The position numbers and the translations under genes are program-made. A DNA stretch of 64,000 nt from a virus: positions 4,869 to 68,868 of IMG/VR virus record IMGVR_UViG_3300045996_000876; one strand, written 5' to 3'. The notes beneath the pieces are model-generated. The model was given only the letters and a program-made list of their open reading frames with translations. It was not told the DNA's origin and searched no databases. Positions 48,363 to 57,043 of this stretch are shown piece after piece; positions within the stretch are counted from its first letter, which is position 1; each line of letters opens with the position of its first letter.

Positions 48363-48843
48363 AATCGTGTTCACGGCGGAGCAGATCGCCATGAGAGTGA
48401 GGGAGCTAGCGGACCGGATGAAGGGAGAGCGGCCCATAGCGCTCGTCCCCATTCTGACCGGGGCAATCACCTTCACGGCGGACCTGCTCCGCCATCTCCC
48501 AGCAAGCACGGTAGTATCGCCGATGCTTATGGACCCTTACCACCGTGGGATGGTCCTGGCGGAACCGGACCTGTTGTTGCTACTGAACCGGGACGTATGG
48601 GTGGTGGATAACTCCATGGCCAGCGGGGTGACCCTGTATGGAGCGGTCAAGGCTATCCGACGGCACCGTACAATCGTGGACCTGAAGACCGTGGTGTTGT
48701 ACCGCTTGCTGGAGGGTCACCCCATGCCGATAGAACCGACCTTGTGCGGCTTCTTCCACCGCCCCACCGGGCGTCTCATCGGGTACGGTCAAGACCAGCA
48801 AGGAACTGGCCGTGGTCTGAGGGATATCGTGGGTTATAACTAG
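48340..48843 (+). CDS. HPRT-like phosphoribosyltransferase with a divergent PRPP loop
   Basis: EQIAMRVRELA, ILTGAITFTADLLR, VVDNSMASGVTL, IGYGQD...RGLRDI. Confidence 0.75.
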   Translation: MMPESSTKIVFTAEQIAMRVRELADRMKGERPIALVPILTGAITFTADLLRHLPASTVVSPMLMDPYHRGMVLAEPDLLLLLNRDVWVVDNSMASGVTLYGAVKAIRRHRTIVDLKTVVLYRLLEGHPMPIEPTLCGFFHRPTGRLIGYGQDQQGTGRGLRDIVGYN

Positions 48844-49068
48844 GCGATTAACTAGGCAATCCCGGAGCTATCAAAGTGCGTAAACCTGCTCTCTATTATT
48901 CTCTCGCTCTGTATACCGTATCATCTATATTACTCTTTATTTCATCTTATTTAGATAGATAGATAGATAGATATAGTAAGGGAGAGAGTAGGTAATTGAG
49001 AATATTATAGAGCACCTTTACGACAAGTGATAGCTCCGGGTTCGCCTACTAAACTATGTGGTTATATA
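48831..49068. repeat. palindromic element copy 2
   Basis: CCCGGAGCTATCA (48861) to TGATAGCTCCGGG (49040); (TAGA)5 at 48952-48971; same orientation and same 180-bp span as copy 1. Confidence 0.92.
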
Positions 49069-49173
49069 GACGGCTAGGCCCACCCAGACCCATTCAGAGT
49101 CTGAAGCTTTGCTGATCCGGACGGGTGGTGGGAAAATATCAGGTCAGGATGACTTTGCCACCATATGATATGG

Positions 49174-49202
49174 TTGACTAGAGTTTTGTACGGTCGTACG
49201 CT
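49174..49202 (+). promoter_or_regulatory. sigma70-type promoter for the replication operon
   Basis: TTGACT-17 nt-TACGCT. Confidence 0.65.
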
Positions 49203-49238
49203 ACTCCCTTCGACCAATTGACACTAGGACAGTAGCTG

Positions 49239-51338
49239 ATGACAGTCGCTCAGACCGACATACCCGCCCATGCCACGCGCGTCTTGGAACCGCTCTCCAC
49301 CGCTACCGGTACCCTGATGGAGATGTGGGAGCCATTTCCGAATGAGTGGCTGTACGTCTCCTTAGATAAGGAGGCAAAGAACTTCGTGGTCCACGCCCGG
49401 ACCTTAAAGAGGTTCCACGGTAGCTTCGCTTGGAATCAGAGCGAGCAGAACCTAGTCAAGGTCAACGGCGTTGACTACGTAGAGGAGGCGGCTGGACCCA
49501 GCTTCAAGCTGGCTCAGACCTACTTCAAGAAGTTCCCGGAGAAGAAGGAACTTGACTTTGGTAAATGGCTCCTGTACGGGACCGACTTCAACGCGCTCGT
49601 CCTGACCCACACGTGGCCGAAGGCTAAGCTGGTGGTGTCTGATGAGGCGAATTTCCTCCTGTCCTACCTCACCAACCGGTTCTTGTCGCAGACCCGTTGT
49701 GCGGTCCGCTCCGCTGAATACCATATCAACAAGAAGCTTCCGGAGGTACCCGCAGGCTTCCCAGTCCACCCGGAGTTCCCGCCGCTTCACCATCACTGGA
49801 CGCCCATCGTCAACTCGCTCTTCAATAAGAGCTATGGCCTGTTCATGGAGCAGGGCACCGGAAAGACCTCGACAGTCATCGCCCGTATCTGTTATGAAGC
49901 CTTGCTGAAACGACAGGGCCTGACGCCAGGTCTCCCGGGTATGCCCCGGACGATGTACCGCGTACTGATCATCTGTCCCAACCAGGTCCGCTTCAACTGG
50001 GAACAGGAATTCTTACAGTTTGCTACGGTAGCGGGAAAGACTTCGGTGTTGCGTGGTGATGAGGTCTCCCGTACCCGGAAGCTAAACGAAGGGATCAGAG
50101 ACGAGGATGATTGCTACTTCGGAGCGGTGATGCTAGGTCACGACAGCGTAGGGAATACGCTGGAAGCGATCCGCCGCGTACCTTGGGACCTTGTAGTCTG
50201 GGATGAGAGCCATTACGTAAAGAACCACCGCACAGAACGGTTCTCAGCCAACCGGGAGTTCTTATCGGTTGGGCACGTCCGTCAACGCATGGTCCTGAGC
50301 GGTACGCCCATCGCCAATACCCTGATGGACCTCTGGACCCAGCTAGAGCTACTGGGCGAGGGTCTGAGCGGCTTTGCTACCTTCAAACACTTCCGCGCCT
50401 TCCACGGCTCGTTTGTACGTCAACGGGACGGAACCGGTACCGCGATTGAGAAGCTCATCGGGCTGAAGAATATCCCGCTCATACAGGAGCGGCTGTCCCG
50501 CCTTACCTTCATGATTACGAAGGAGCAGGCGGGAATGAACCTCCCGGAGAAGATATACGATACCATCGAAGTGGAGATGACTCCGCAGCAGGCTACCTGG
50601 TACAAACAAGTTAAGAATCAGCTGGCGATTGAGCTGGAAGATATCCTGAACGGGGATGCTCCGAAGCGGATGACCGCTGATCACGTCCTGACCAAGCTCC
50701 TCCGGCTCGCTCATATCACGTCGGGGTTTGTAACCTGGGATGCTATCATCGACACCGACGGCGTGGTTGTCTCTCCGAAGCGGGAGGAGACGATACCCGG
50801 ACCCAACCCGAAGATTGATGAGCTGGTCGCCTGTATCAAAGCGGACTTTGAAGATGACCCGCTCGGAAAGAAGATTGTCTGGGCCAGTTGGAAGCACGAC
50901 CTGCGGGAGATTGCCGCCCGCTTCCGTGAAGAGGGATTCAACTTCGTGGAGTACCACGGGAGCGTACCGGACGCGCAGCGACCCGCCGTCATCGCCAAGT
51001 ATAACCTAGACCCGAAGTGTAACATCATCCTGGGCAACCCTCAGACTCTCGGAACCGGTACGAACTTGCTGGGATACGACCCAGCCAACCCGGACTCGCT
51101 TCCGACCTATACCGATCACGAGTTCTTTTTCAGTCAGGGCTGGCAGCCCGTTCTGCGCGGTCAGGCGGAGGATCGTGCCCACCGTAAGGGTACACGGACA
51201 ATCCTCCGGATTACTGACTTTGTCGTACCCGGTACCGTTGATGTAGAGATTCGCGCCCGAGTTCGGGGCAAGCTCGATGACGCTTCTATGATCCAAGATG
51301 TACGCGACATCCTCCGGAACGTCTTGGAAAACCTCTAA
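49239..51338 (+). CDS. SNF2-family helicase/ATPase
   Basis: MEQGTGKT, WDESH, LSGTP, GTGTNL, QAEDRAHRKG. Confidence 0.92.
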   Translation: MTVAQTDIPAHATRVLEPLSTATGTLMEMWEPFPNEWLYVSLDKEAKNFVVHARTLKRFHGSFAWNQSEQNLVKVNGVDYVEEAAGPSFKLAQTYFKKFPEKKELDFGKWLLYGTDFNALVLTHTWPKAKLVVSDEANFLLSYLTNRFLSQTRCAVRSAEYHINKKLPEVPAGFPVHPEFPPLHHHWTPIVNSLFNKSYGLFMEQGTGKTSTVIARICYEALLKRQGLTPGLPGMPRTMYRVLIICPNQVRFNWEQEFLQFATVAGKTSVLRGDEVSRTRKLNEGIRDEDDCYFGAVMLGHDSVGNTLEAIRRVPWDLVVWDESHYVKNHRTERFSANREFLSVGHVRQRMVLSGTPIANTLMDLWTQLELLGEGLSGFATFKHFRAFHGSFVRQRDGTGTAIEKLIGLKNIPLIQERLSRLTFMITKEQAGMNLPEKIYDTIEVEMTPQQATWYKQVKNQLAIELEDILNGDAPKRMTADHVLTKLLRLAHITSGFVTWDAIIDTDGVVVSPKREETIPGPNPKIDELVACIKADFEDDPLGKKIVWASWKHDLREIAARFREEGFNFVEYHGSVPDAQRPAVIAKYNLDPKCNIILGNPQTLGTGTNLLGYDPANPDSLPTYTDHEFFFSQGWQPVLRGQAEDRAHRKGTRTILRITDFVVPGTVDVEIRARVRGKLDDASMIQDVRDILRNVLENL

Positions 51339-51361
51339 CAACTAACGCAGGCAGGCTAACT

Positions 51362-51721
51362 GTGAACAGAGTTATCGTTCCAATACGTCCGTACAAGGCG
51401 GAGATACTGGATGAGATTGACAAGGCGGCTCGCTTTGGAAAGCTGACCTACCTAAGCAACCAGCTACCCATCTCCAAGCCTCAGGAGGTCGCTTGGTACC
51501 TCAACCAGAAGCTCCAACAACTCCGGTATACCCCGGAGACTGACGCGATCCTATTGGTAGGCAACGTCGTCATCTCCAGTATCTTCTTCGCGTTGGTGAC
51601 TAAGATAAATCCGAGCGTGCGAATGGTTCTGTATGACGCTCGCGATGCGGTCCGCGATTACCAGCTGATAACATTCTCTCTTGAACAGGAGTTGATAGGC
51701 CATGGCGACTCGAATACTTAA
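51362..51721 (+). CDS. hypothetical protein
   Basis: Fits the operon. Confidence 0.6.
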   Translation: MNRVIVPIRPYKAEILDEIDKAARFGKLTYLSNQLPISKPQEVAWYLNQKLQQLRYTPETDAILLVGNVVISSIFFALVTKINPSVRMVLYDARDAVRDYQLITFSLEQELIGHGDSNT

Positions 51722-52286
51722 CAAGCCCCATCCCGACGTTGTGACACTTCACGAGATGCTGAACAAGCTCCGCGATCTTCATATGGAGATGAACCAGAAG
51801 CTTATGGAGGTCCACGAAGCCATCCCCAAGAACCGCTACGCAGCGGACCAAGACCTGGTTGACCTGGGCTTCATCTCCCGGGCGTCGAAAGACTTGCTGG
51901 AAGACTGGCGCAAAGTCGCTCACAAGGCGGAGGAGCGGGCGGGATTTCAGTTGGGGTGGCGGGTGACTCAAGCTTCTCTCCAGAATCCCGAAGTGGACAC
52001 GACCGTCCACGGCACCCTCGCCTACGCCAACACCGACATTGAGTATATCCCGCAGCTGCCCGATAGGTCCAGCAAGGAGTATATCGACCTGATGGTGGAT
52101 CTGGGCGTGCCCCGTGAGATCGCGGAGCGTGAGGGCAAGTTCATCAAGCTGGACTTCAAGAGGATCCAGACCTACCTCTGCGGCTTGGCGGAGGATGGAA
52201 AGCCTATTCCGCCCTGGGTCAAGGCGATGTCCCCAAACTACACGTCTACATTTGTCAAGAAGCGTACGTCATCCAAGGTGGAATGA
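51702..52286 (+). CDS. hypothetical protein
   Basis: AGGAG RBS; fits the operon. Confidence 0.65.
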   Translation: MATRILNKPHPDVVTLHEMLNKLRDLHMEMNQKLMEVHEAIPKNRYAADQDLVDLGFISRASKDLLEDWRKVAHKAEERAGFQLGWRVTQASLQNPEVDTTVHGTLAYANTDIEYIPQLPDRSSKEYIDLMVDLGVPREIAEREGKFIKLDFKRIQTYLCGLAEDGKPIPPWVKAMSPNYTSTFVKKRTSSKVE

Positions 52287-52320
52287 ATTCGCTTCTGACC
52301 TAACTCATTTGGAGAGCCAT

Positions 52321-53319
52321 ATGGCTAAGGTGAATCCCCCAAAAGGCGTGACGACTGCTCCCGCTCCCGTAGCGGAAGCCACGCCGCCCGTTTCCTCTCC
52401 GGAAGTCGCTCCGGAAGCGGCTCCGCCCGTTCCCGCTACCCCGGAAGCTGCCGCCGCGCAAAGCCTGGTGGTCGCGGCGCAATCGGCGGAGTCTCAGGTG
52501 TCCGGAGGTCTGGCCGCGCTCGCGGAAGCTGCGGACGCGGACAACTCGATGGAGGGAATGCGGCAGTTCATGATCGTCCCTCGCCTGAAGATCGTTCAGG
52601 GCCAGTCGGACGGCGAACTCAAGAAGCAGTTCGGAGAAGGCGCGGTCATCATCAACCCCGGTGCGGCTCTTGTCGCGGAGAAGGAGGCACCATTCCACTT
52701 CGTGCCCCTGTTCTACTTCAGCGAGTACGCGTTGTGGTCGGACCGTCGCGACAAGGAGTCCAAGGCGATCATTGAGCGTTCGTTCGATGCCAACAGCATC
52801 ATCGCCAAGAACGCGGCGGACAAGGCCAAGCGGGAAGTCCTGTACCCCGGGCATGAGAAGAAGCCTGACAAGGAGAAGTGGTACAAGCGGTATGTCCACC
52901 ACTTCTGCTTCCCGGGTATCATCTACGGCGACAATGGGCTTGCTGGCACCCCGGTCGTTCTCTCCTTCGAACGCGGCGAATGGACCAACGGGCGTCAGTT
53001 CGTTTCCTCGATCCAAATGAAGAAGTTCCAGCTGCCCAACGGTACCCGCAAGACCCTCCCGCTGTGGGCGCAGGTCTGGCAACTCCAATCGGCTCCCCGC
53101 CTGGGTGAGCTCGGAAATTGGTGGGGATATGAACCCCGCTTCGTCGGGCGGATTGCGGACGCGGAGGTCAACCCGTTCCGTGCGCAGCACCTGGAGTTCG
53201 CGCGGCTCCACGAAGAGAAGCTGCTTCAGGTCGATCACGGGAACGAAGGTCAGGGCGGCACTGGCGGGGAGACGGAAGCGGAGGTTGCGGCTCGCGTTGA
53301 GCAAGCCGGAGAGATGTAA
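52321..53319 (+). CDS. probable ssDNA-binding / recombination protein
   Basis: GGAG RBS before ATG 52321; PRLKIVQ motif; acidic tail; position in the replication module. Confidence 0.55.
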   Translation: MAKVNPPKGVTTAPAPVAEATPPVSSPEVAPEAAPPVPATPEAAAAQSLVVAAQSAESQVSGGLAALAEAADADNSMEGMRQFMIVPRLKIVQGQSDGELKKQFGEGAVIINPGAALVAEKEAPFHFVPLFYFSEYALWSDRRDKESKAIIERSFDANSIIAKNAADKAKREVLYPGHEKKPDKEKWYKRYVHHFCFPGIIYGDNGLAGTPVVLSFERGEWTNGRQFVSSIQMKKFQLPNGTRKTLPLWAQVWQLQSAPRLGELGNWWGYEPRFVGRIADAEVNPFRAQHLEFARLHEEKLLQVDHGNEGQGGTGGETEAEVAARVEQAGEM

Positions 53320-53349
53320 CCGCTCCCTCAGCATCTAGGTCGGCACAAG

Positions 53350-53389
53350 ACTGCCGCCGCTACCACGCGTAGCGGCGGCAGTTCTTTTC
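53350..53389 (+). terminator. intrinsic terminator
   Basis: ACTGCCGCCGCTAC/GTAGCGGCGGCAGT followed by TCTTTTC. Confidence 0.85.
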
Positions 53390-53393
53390 AGGG

Positions 53394-56288
53394 ATGATGA
53401 TGAATAAAAAGCCTAACCAATCTTCGCTTCCGATTGAGAACATCAGCGCTTTAGCGGAGCTAGAGCGGCTTGGCGTCACGGTGGAAATGCGGGCCAACAA
53501 CGAAGTCCAGATGATCTGCCCCGTCCACGAAGATACCAACCCTAGTTTGATGCTCGATACGCAGAAGAATCTTTTCAAGTGCCAGTCGTGTAAAGCTCGC
53601 GGCGATATCGTTTCGCTGCTCGCCCACTTCGCAAAAGTTGACCGGGCGGTCATGCTACAGGACTTGGGCACCCGATACGATCTTGGACTTCACAATACGT
53701 TAGACCCGCGAGTTGCGGAGCGGTTCCATGAGGGTATCTGGTCTGCCGGTCCGCTGCTTCAAGCGTTGTACAGTCGCGGTGTGACGGATTCGATGATACG
53801 CAAGGCGCGGCTCGGATTCCATAACGGTCGTATCATGATTCCGGTTTATGACGAGCAACGCCGCATCGTCAATATCCGCCGGTATCTTCCGGGCGCTCCC
53901 GGTCCGCAGAAGATGTACAACACAAAAGGGTACGGGACTCCTCCGAACATCTACCAGATCGAACAGCTGGTCAACTTCAAGAAGAGTTGGATGTGCGGCG
54001 GAGAGATGAAGGCGCTAGTCGCGGGAACCTTGCTGACTCCGAACGATGTCGGTGCGTGGGCTGTCTGCGCAGGTGAAGGTTCCTGGGAAGCTTCGTTTGG
54101 GAAGCACGTCAAGGGAAAGACTATCTACATCTGCTTCGATATCGACCACGCGGGGATGAACGCGAGTCGGAGCGTGGCGAAGCAGCTGGCCCATATCGCG
54201 GAAGCAGTCTACATCGTCCGACTTCCGCTGGACCGGGAGAAGTTCCCGAAGGGAGACATCAACGATTACGTAGCGTCAACCGGCGCTACCGCTCAAGACC
54301 TCCTCCGCTTGATGGAAGAAGCGGAGCTATACGTACCGGAGAAGTTCGCGGAGGAGGAGGAGCCCAAAGACGCCCAGCTGATAAAGCTCGCTGAGGCTTC
54401 CCGTTCAAACTATATCGGCAAGCGGATTGCGGTTGACGCGATGGTTCAGGCGATGGACACCACGCCGTATCTCCTCCCGCAAAACGTAGATGTTCAGTGT
54501 ACCCGCGATCAACCCAATTGCGAATGGTGTCCTGTAAAGGCGAGTGACCCCGATGAGAAAACAGGCTTGGTTCACTGTACCGTTCGCGGTACTGCTATTG
54601 GTATCCTCGACATTGTCCAGTCGCCCAAGGGTAAGCAACGCGAAGCTCTCCGCGAAGCTCTCAACATCCCGAAGTGTAACGCGTGCGAGTTCTTTGTGCG
54701 TTCTCATACGAACGCCTATGACATCCGCCTTATGCCACAGCTGGAGACGACGGGCAGCAACTCCGACTACGTGGTCCAGCCTGCTTTCCTGATCGGCGAT
54801 TACAAGATTGAGACCAACACGCCGTACGTCTTCAAGGGAAGGGTCCACCCACACCCCAAGAACCAGCAAGCGATCTTGCTGTTCAACGAGATTGGGGAGT
54901 CACGGAACTCACTGGACGCGTTCGCACCGACTCCGGAGCAGTTGGAAGAGATGGATGTATTCAAGTCCACGGAGTATACGGTAGAGAGCATCACGGAGAA
55001 GCTGGACGCGATCTACACCGACATGGAAGCGAACGTCACGCGAATCTATAAGCGCCGCGAGCTTCACTTGGTTCTGGACCTGATGTACCATTCGATCTTA
55101 TACCTCACCTTTGACGAGCGGAAGGAACGCGGCTGGGTCAACGTCGTAATCGTAGGCGACTCGTCTCAGGGTAAGTCGGAAGCTTCACAGGCGATGATGA
55201 AGCACTACCGGCTTGGCGAGCGAATCGACTGTAAGAATGCGACAGTAGCGGGCGTGCTAGGTGGCTGCGAGCAGATCGGAAATCACTGGTTCATCTCGTG
55301 GGGAACTATCCCCATCCACGATAGGCGGGCGGTTCTCCTTGAGGAGGTCAAGGGAGCGCCGCTGGAGGTCATCAGTAAGCTTACGGATATGCGGTCATCG
55401 GGCATCGCGGAGATTCAGAAGATTGAGAAGCGACGTGCCCACGCCCGTACCCGGCTCGCGTTCATCTCCAACGCTCGCGGTACGAAGTCCGTTGATGACC
55501 GGAACTTCGGTTGCGAGGTGATTGAGGAGCTAGCGGGAAGCAAGGAGGATGTCCGCCGCTTTGATGTAGGTATCCTACTCTCCTCCTCTCAGGTCGATCC
55601 TTCCACCATTAACCAGTTGATCAAAGACCGTCCAAGATGCCACCACATCTACACTAGCGACCTGTGCAACCGGCTCGTGCTATGGGCGTGGACCCGGACC
55701 GCTGATCAGGTTATCTTCGATCCAGAGGCGATCCAGGCGTGTCTTACGGAAGCGAACCGGCTCGCGGGAAAGTTCTCTGAGGAGCTTCCGCTGATCGACA
55801 AGGGTACCACCAAGTTCAAGCTTGCCCGCCTTGCGGCAGGACTTGCTGGGCGTCTGTTCAGTACGGTCGATGGAGACCGGACGAAGCTGCGGGTGACCGC
55901 CGCTCATGTCCACTTCATCGCTCAGACGATAGACGGCTGGTACAGCGACAAGGTGTTCGGCTATCTCGCGTACTCTCAGGCGCAGGAGTACAAGACCAAG
56001 ATAAAAGACCCGCATACGATCAGAGCCCAGATCATGAACACTCGCTTCCCGTCCGACCTAGTGGATGGGCTTCTGAATCGAAACGAAATTCAGCTAGGCG
56101 ACTTCCAGGACTGGTGTCAGCTGGATCGCGACGGCGCTCAATCGCTCCTCTCCTTCCTGGTTCGCAAACACGCGTTGAACCGGGAGAAAAGATATTACGT
56201 CAAGTCCGGTCAGTTCATCGAGTTCCTGAAGAAGCTTCAAACGGAAGATATCCGCGAGTCACAACCCTTACCTGGTTCGGAGTTCTAA
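53394..56288 (+). CDS. primase (CHC2 Zn finger + Toprim) fused to an MCM-like AAA+ helicase
   Basis: CPVH..CQSC; CGGE, FDID, GDINDY; second Cys cluster; VGDSSQGKS, LLEE, FISN, RRFD. Confidence 0.85.
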   Translation: MMMNKKPNQSSLPIENISALAELERLGVTVEMRANNEVQMICPVHEDTNPSLMLDTQKNLFKCQSCKARGDIVSLLAHFAKVDRAVMLQDLGTRYDLGLHNTLDPRVAERFHEGIWSAGPLLQALYSRGVTDSMIRKARLGFHNGRIMIPVYDEQRRIVNIRRYLPGAPGPQKMYNTKGYGTPPNIYQIEQLVNFKKSWMCGGEMKALVAGTLLTPNDVGAWAVCAGEGSWEASFGKHVKGKTIYICFDIDHAGMNASRSVAKQLAHIAEAVYIVRLPLDREKFPKGDINDYVASTGATAQDLLRLMEEAELYVPEKFAEEEEPKDAQLIKLAEASRSNYIGKRIAVDAMVQAMDTTPYLLPQNVDVQCTRDQPNCEWCPVKASDPDEKTGLVHCTVRGTAIGILDIVQSPKGKQREALREALNIPKCNACEFFVRSHTNAYDIRLMPQLETTGSNSDYVVQPAFLIGDYKIETNTPYVFKGRVHPHPKNQQAILLFNEIGESRNSLDAFAPTPEQLEEMDVFKSTEYTVESITEKLDAIYTDMEANVTRIYKRRELHLVLDLMYHSILYLTFDERKERGWVNVVIVGDSSQGKSEASQAMMKHYRLGERIDCKNATVAGVLGGCEQIGNHWFISWGTIPIHDRRAVLLEEVKGAPLEVISKLTDMRSSGIAEIQKIEKRRAHARTRLAFISNARGTKSVDDRNFGCEVIEELAGSKEDVRRFDVGILLSSSQVDPSTINQLIKDRPRCHHIYTSDLCNRLVLWAWTRTADQVIFDPEAIQACLTEANRLAGKFSEELPLIDKGTTKFKLARLAAGLAGRLFSTVDGDRTKLRVTAAHVHFIAQTIDGWYSDKVFGYLAYSQAQEYKTKIKDPHTIRAQIMNTRFPSDLVDGLLNRNEIQLGDFQDWCQLDRDGAQSLLSFLVRKHALNREKRYYVKSGQFIEFLKKLQTEDIRESQPLPGSEF

Positions 56289-56290
56289 CC

Positions 56291-57043
56291 ATGTTCAATC
56301 TCTCAAAAGCCTTACGGGATTTCCATACCAAGAATAGCTTCCCCATCGACACCCGCTTGAAGGATCAGCGAGACGAAGCAGCAAACCGCGAGCTAGCGGA
56401 GTTGGGTGAGCGGCTCTGTGGGGAGTCGGAACGTATCAAACAGCCCGCGCTCCTGCTACAAGCGAAGGGAGATGAGCGGCTTTACCGGGCGCACCTCATG
56501 ATAGAGGAGCTTGGGGAGACGCTCATTGAGCTCGCAAGACAGAACTACGTCGGGGTTGCCGACGGGCTTGGCGACCTCCAGTACGTCGTGGAGGGAACCG
56601 CGTCAGTGTTCGGGATTCCGATGCCGGAGGTTCTGGAAGAGATTCACCGGTCGAACATGTCCAAGAAGAAGCGTGACCCGATTACCAATCCACGGATGAG
56701 AGATAAAGGTCCAAACTACTCTCCGCCCGATATTGTCGGAGCAATTGTTCGCGGGAAGCAGCGAATGAATTGGGAAGCGACAATGGCTGCGAATGAAGAG
56801 CTATCCGTGGAGCTACAGCGGAGCTTTGAGCGGACCGTGGACGGGGAGTTCACAGTCCATCCCGATAAGTGGCCGCTCGTAAGTCCGTTCAAAGATGACT
56901 ACGCAGCTGATGGGCTCCCGCCTGATTTAAGAAATGGGTTGACGGCGGATGGACACGGCTTCACCAACAACGACGGAGAACAGGTATGCGTCTGCGGCGG
57001 ACGCGGCTGTGTCTGTTGTAACACTAACGGAGACCCTAAATGA
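56291..57043 (+). CDS. all-alpha (MazG/PRA-PH-like) NTP pyrophosphatase
   Basis: LMIEELGE...ADGLGDLQYV...EIHRSNMSK...KGPNYSPPD. Confidence 0.85.
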   Translation: MFNLSKALRDFHTKNSFPIDTRLKDQRDEAANRELAELGERLCGESERIKQPALLLQAKGDERLYRAHLMIEELGETLIELARQNYVGVADGLGDLQYVVEGTASVFGIPMPEVLEEIHRSNMSKKKRDPITNPRMRDKGPNYSPPDIVGAIVRGKQRMNWEATMAANEELSVELQRSFERTVDGEFTVHPDKWPLVSPFKDDYAADGLPPDLRNGLTADGHGFTNNDGEQVCVCGGRGCVCCNTNGDPK

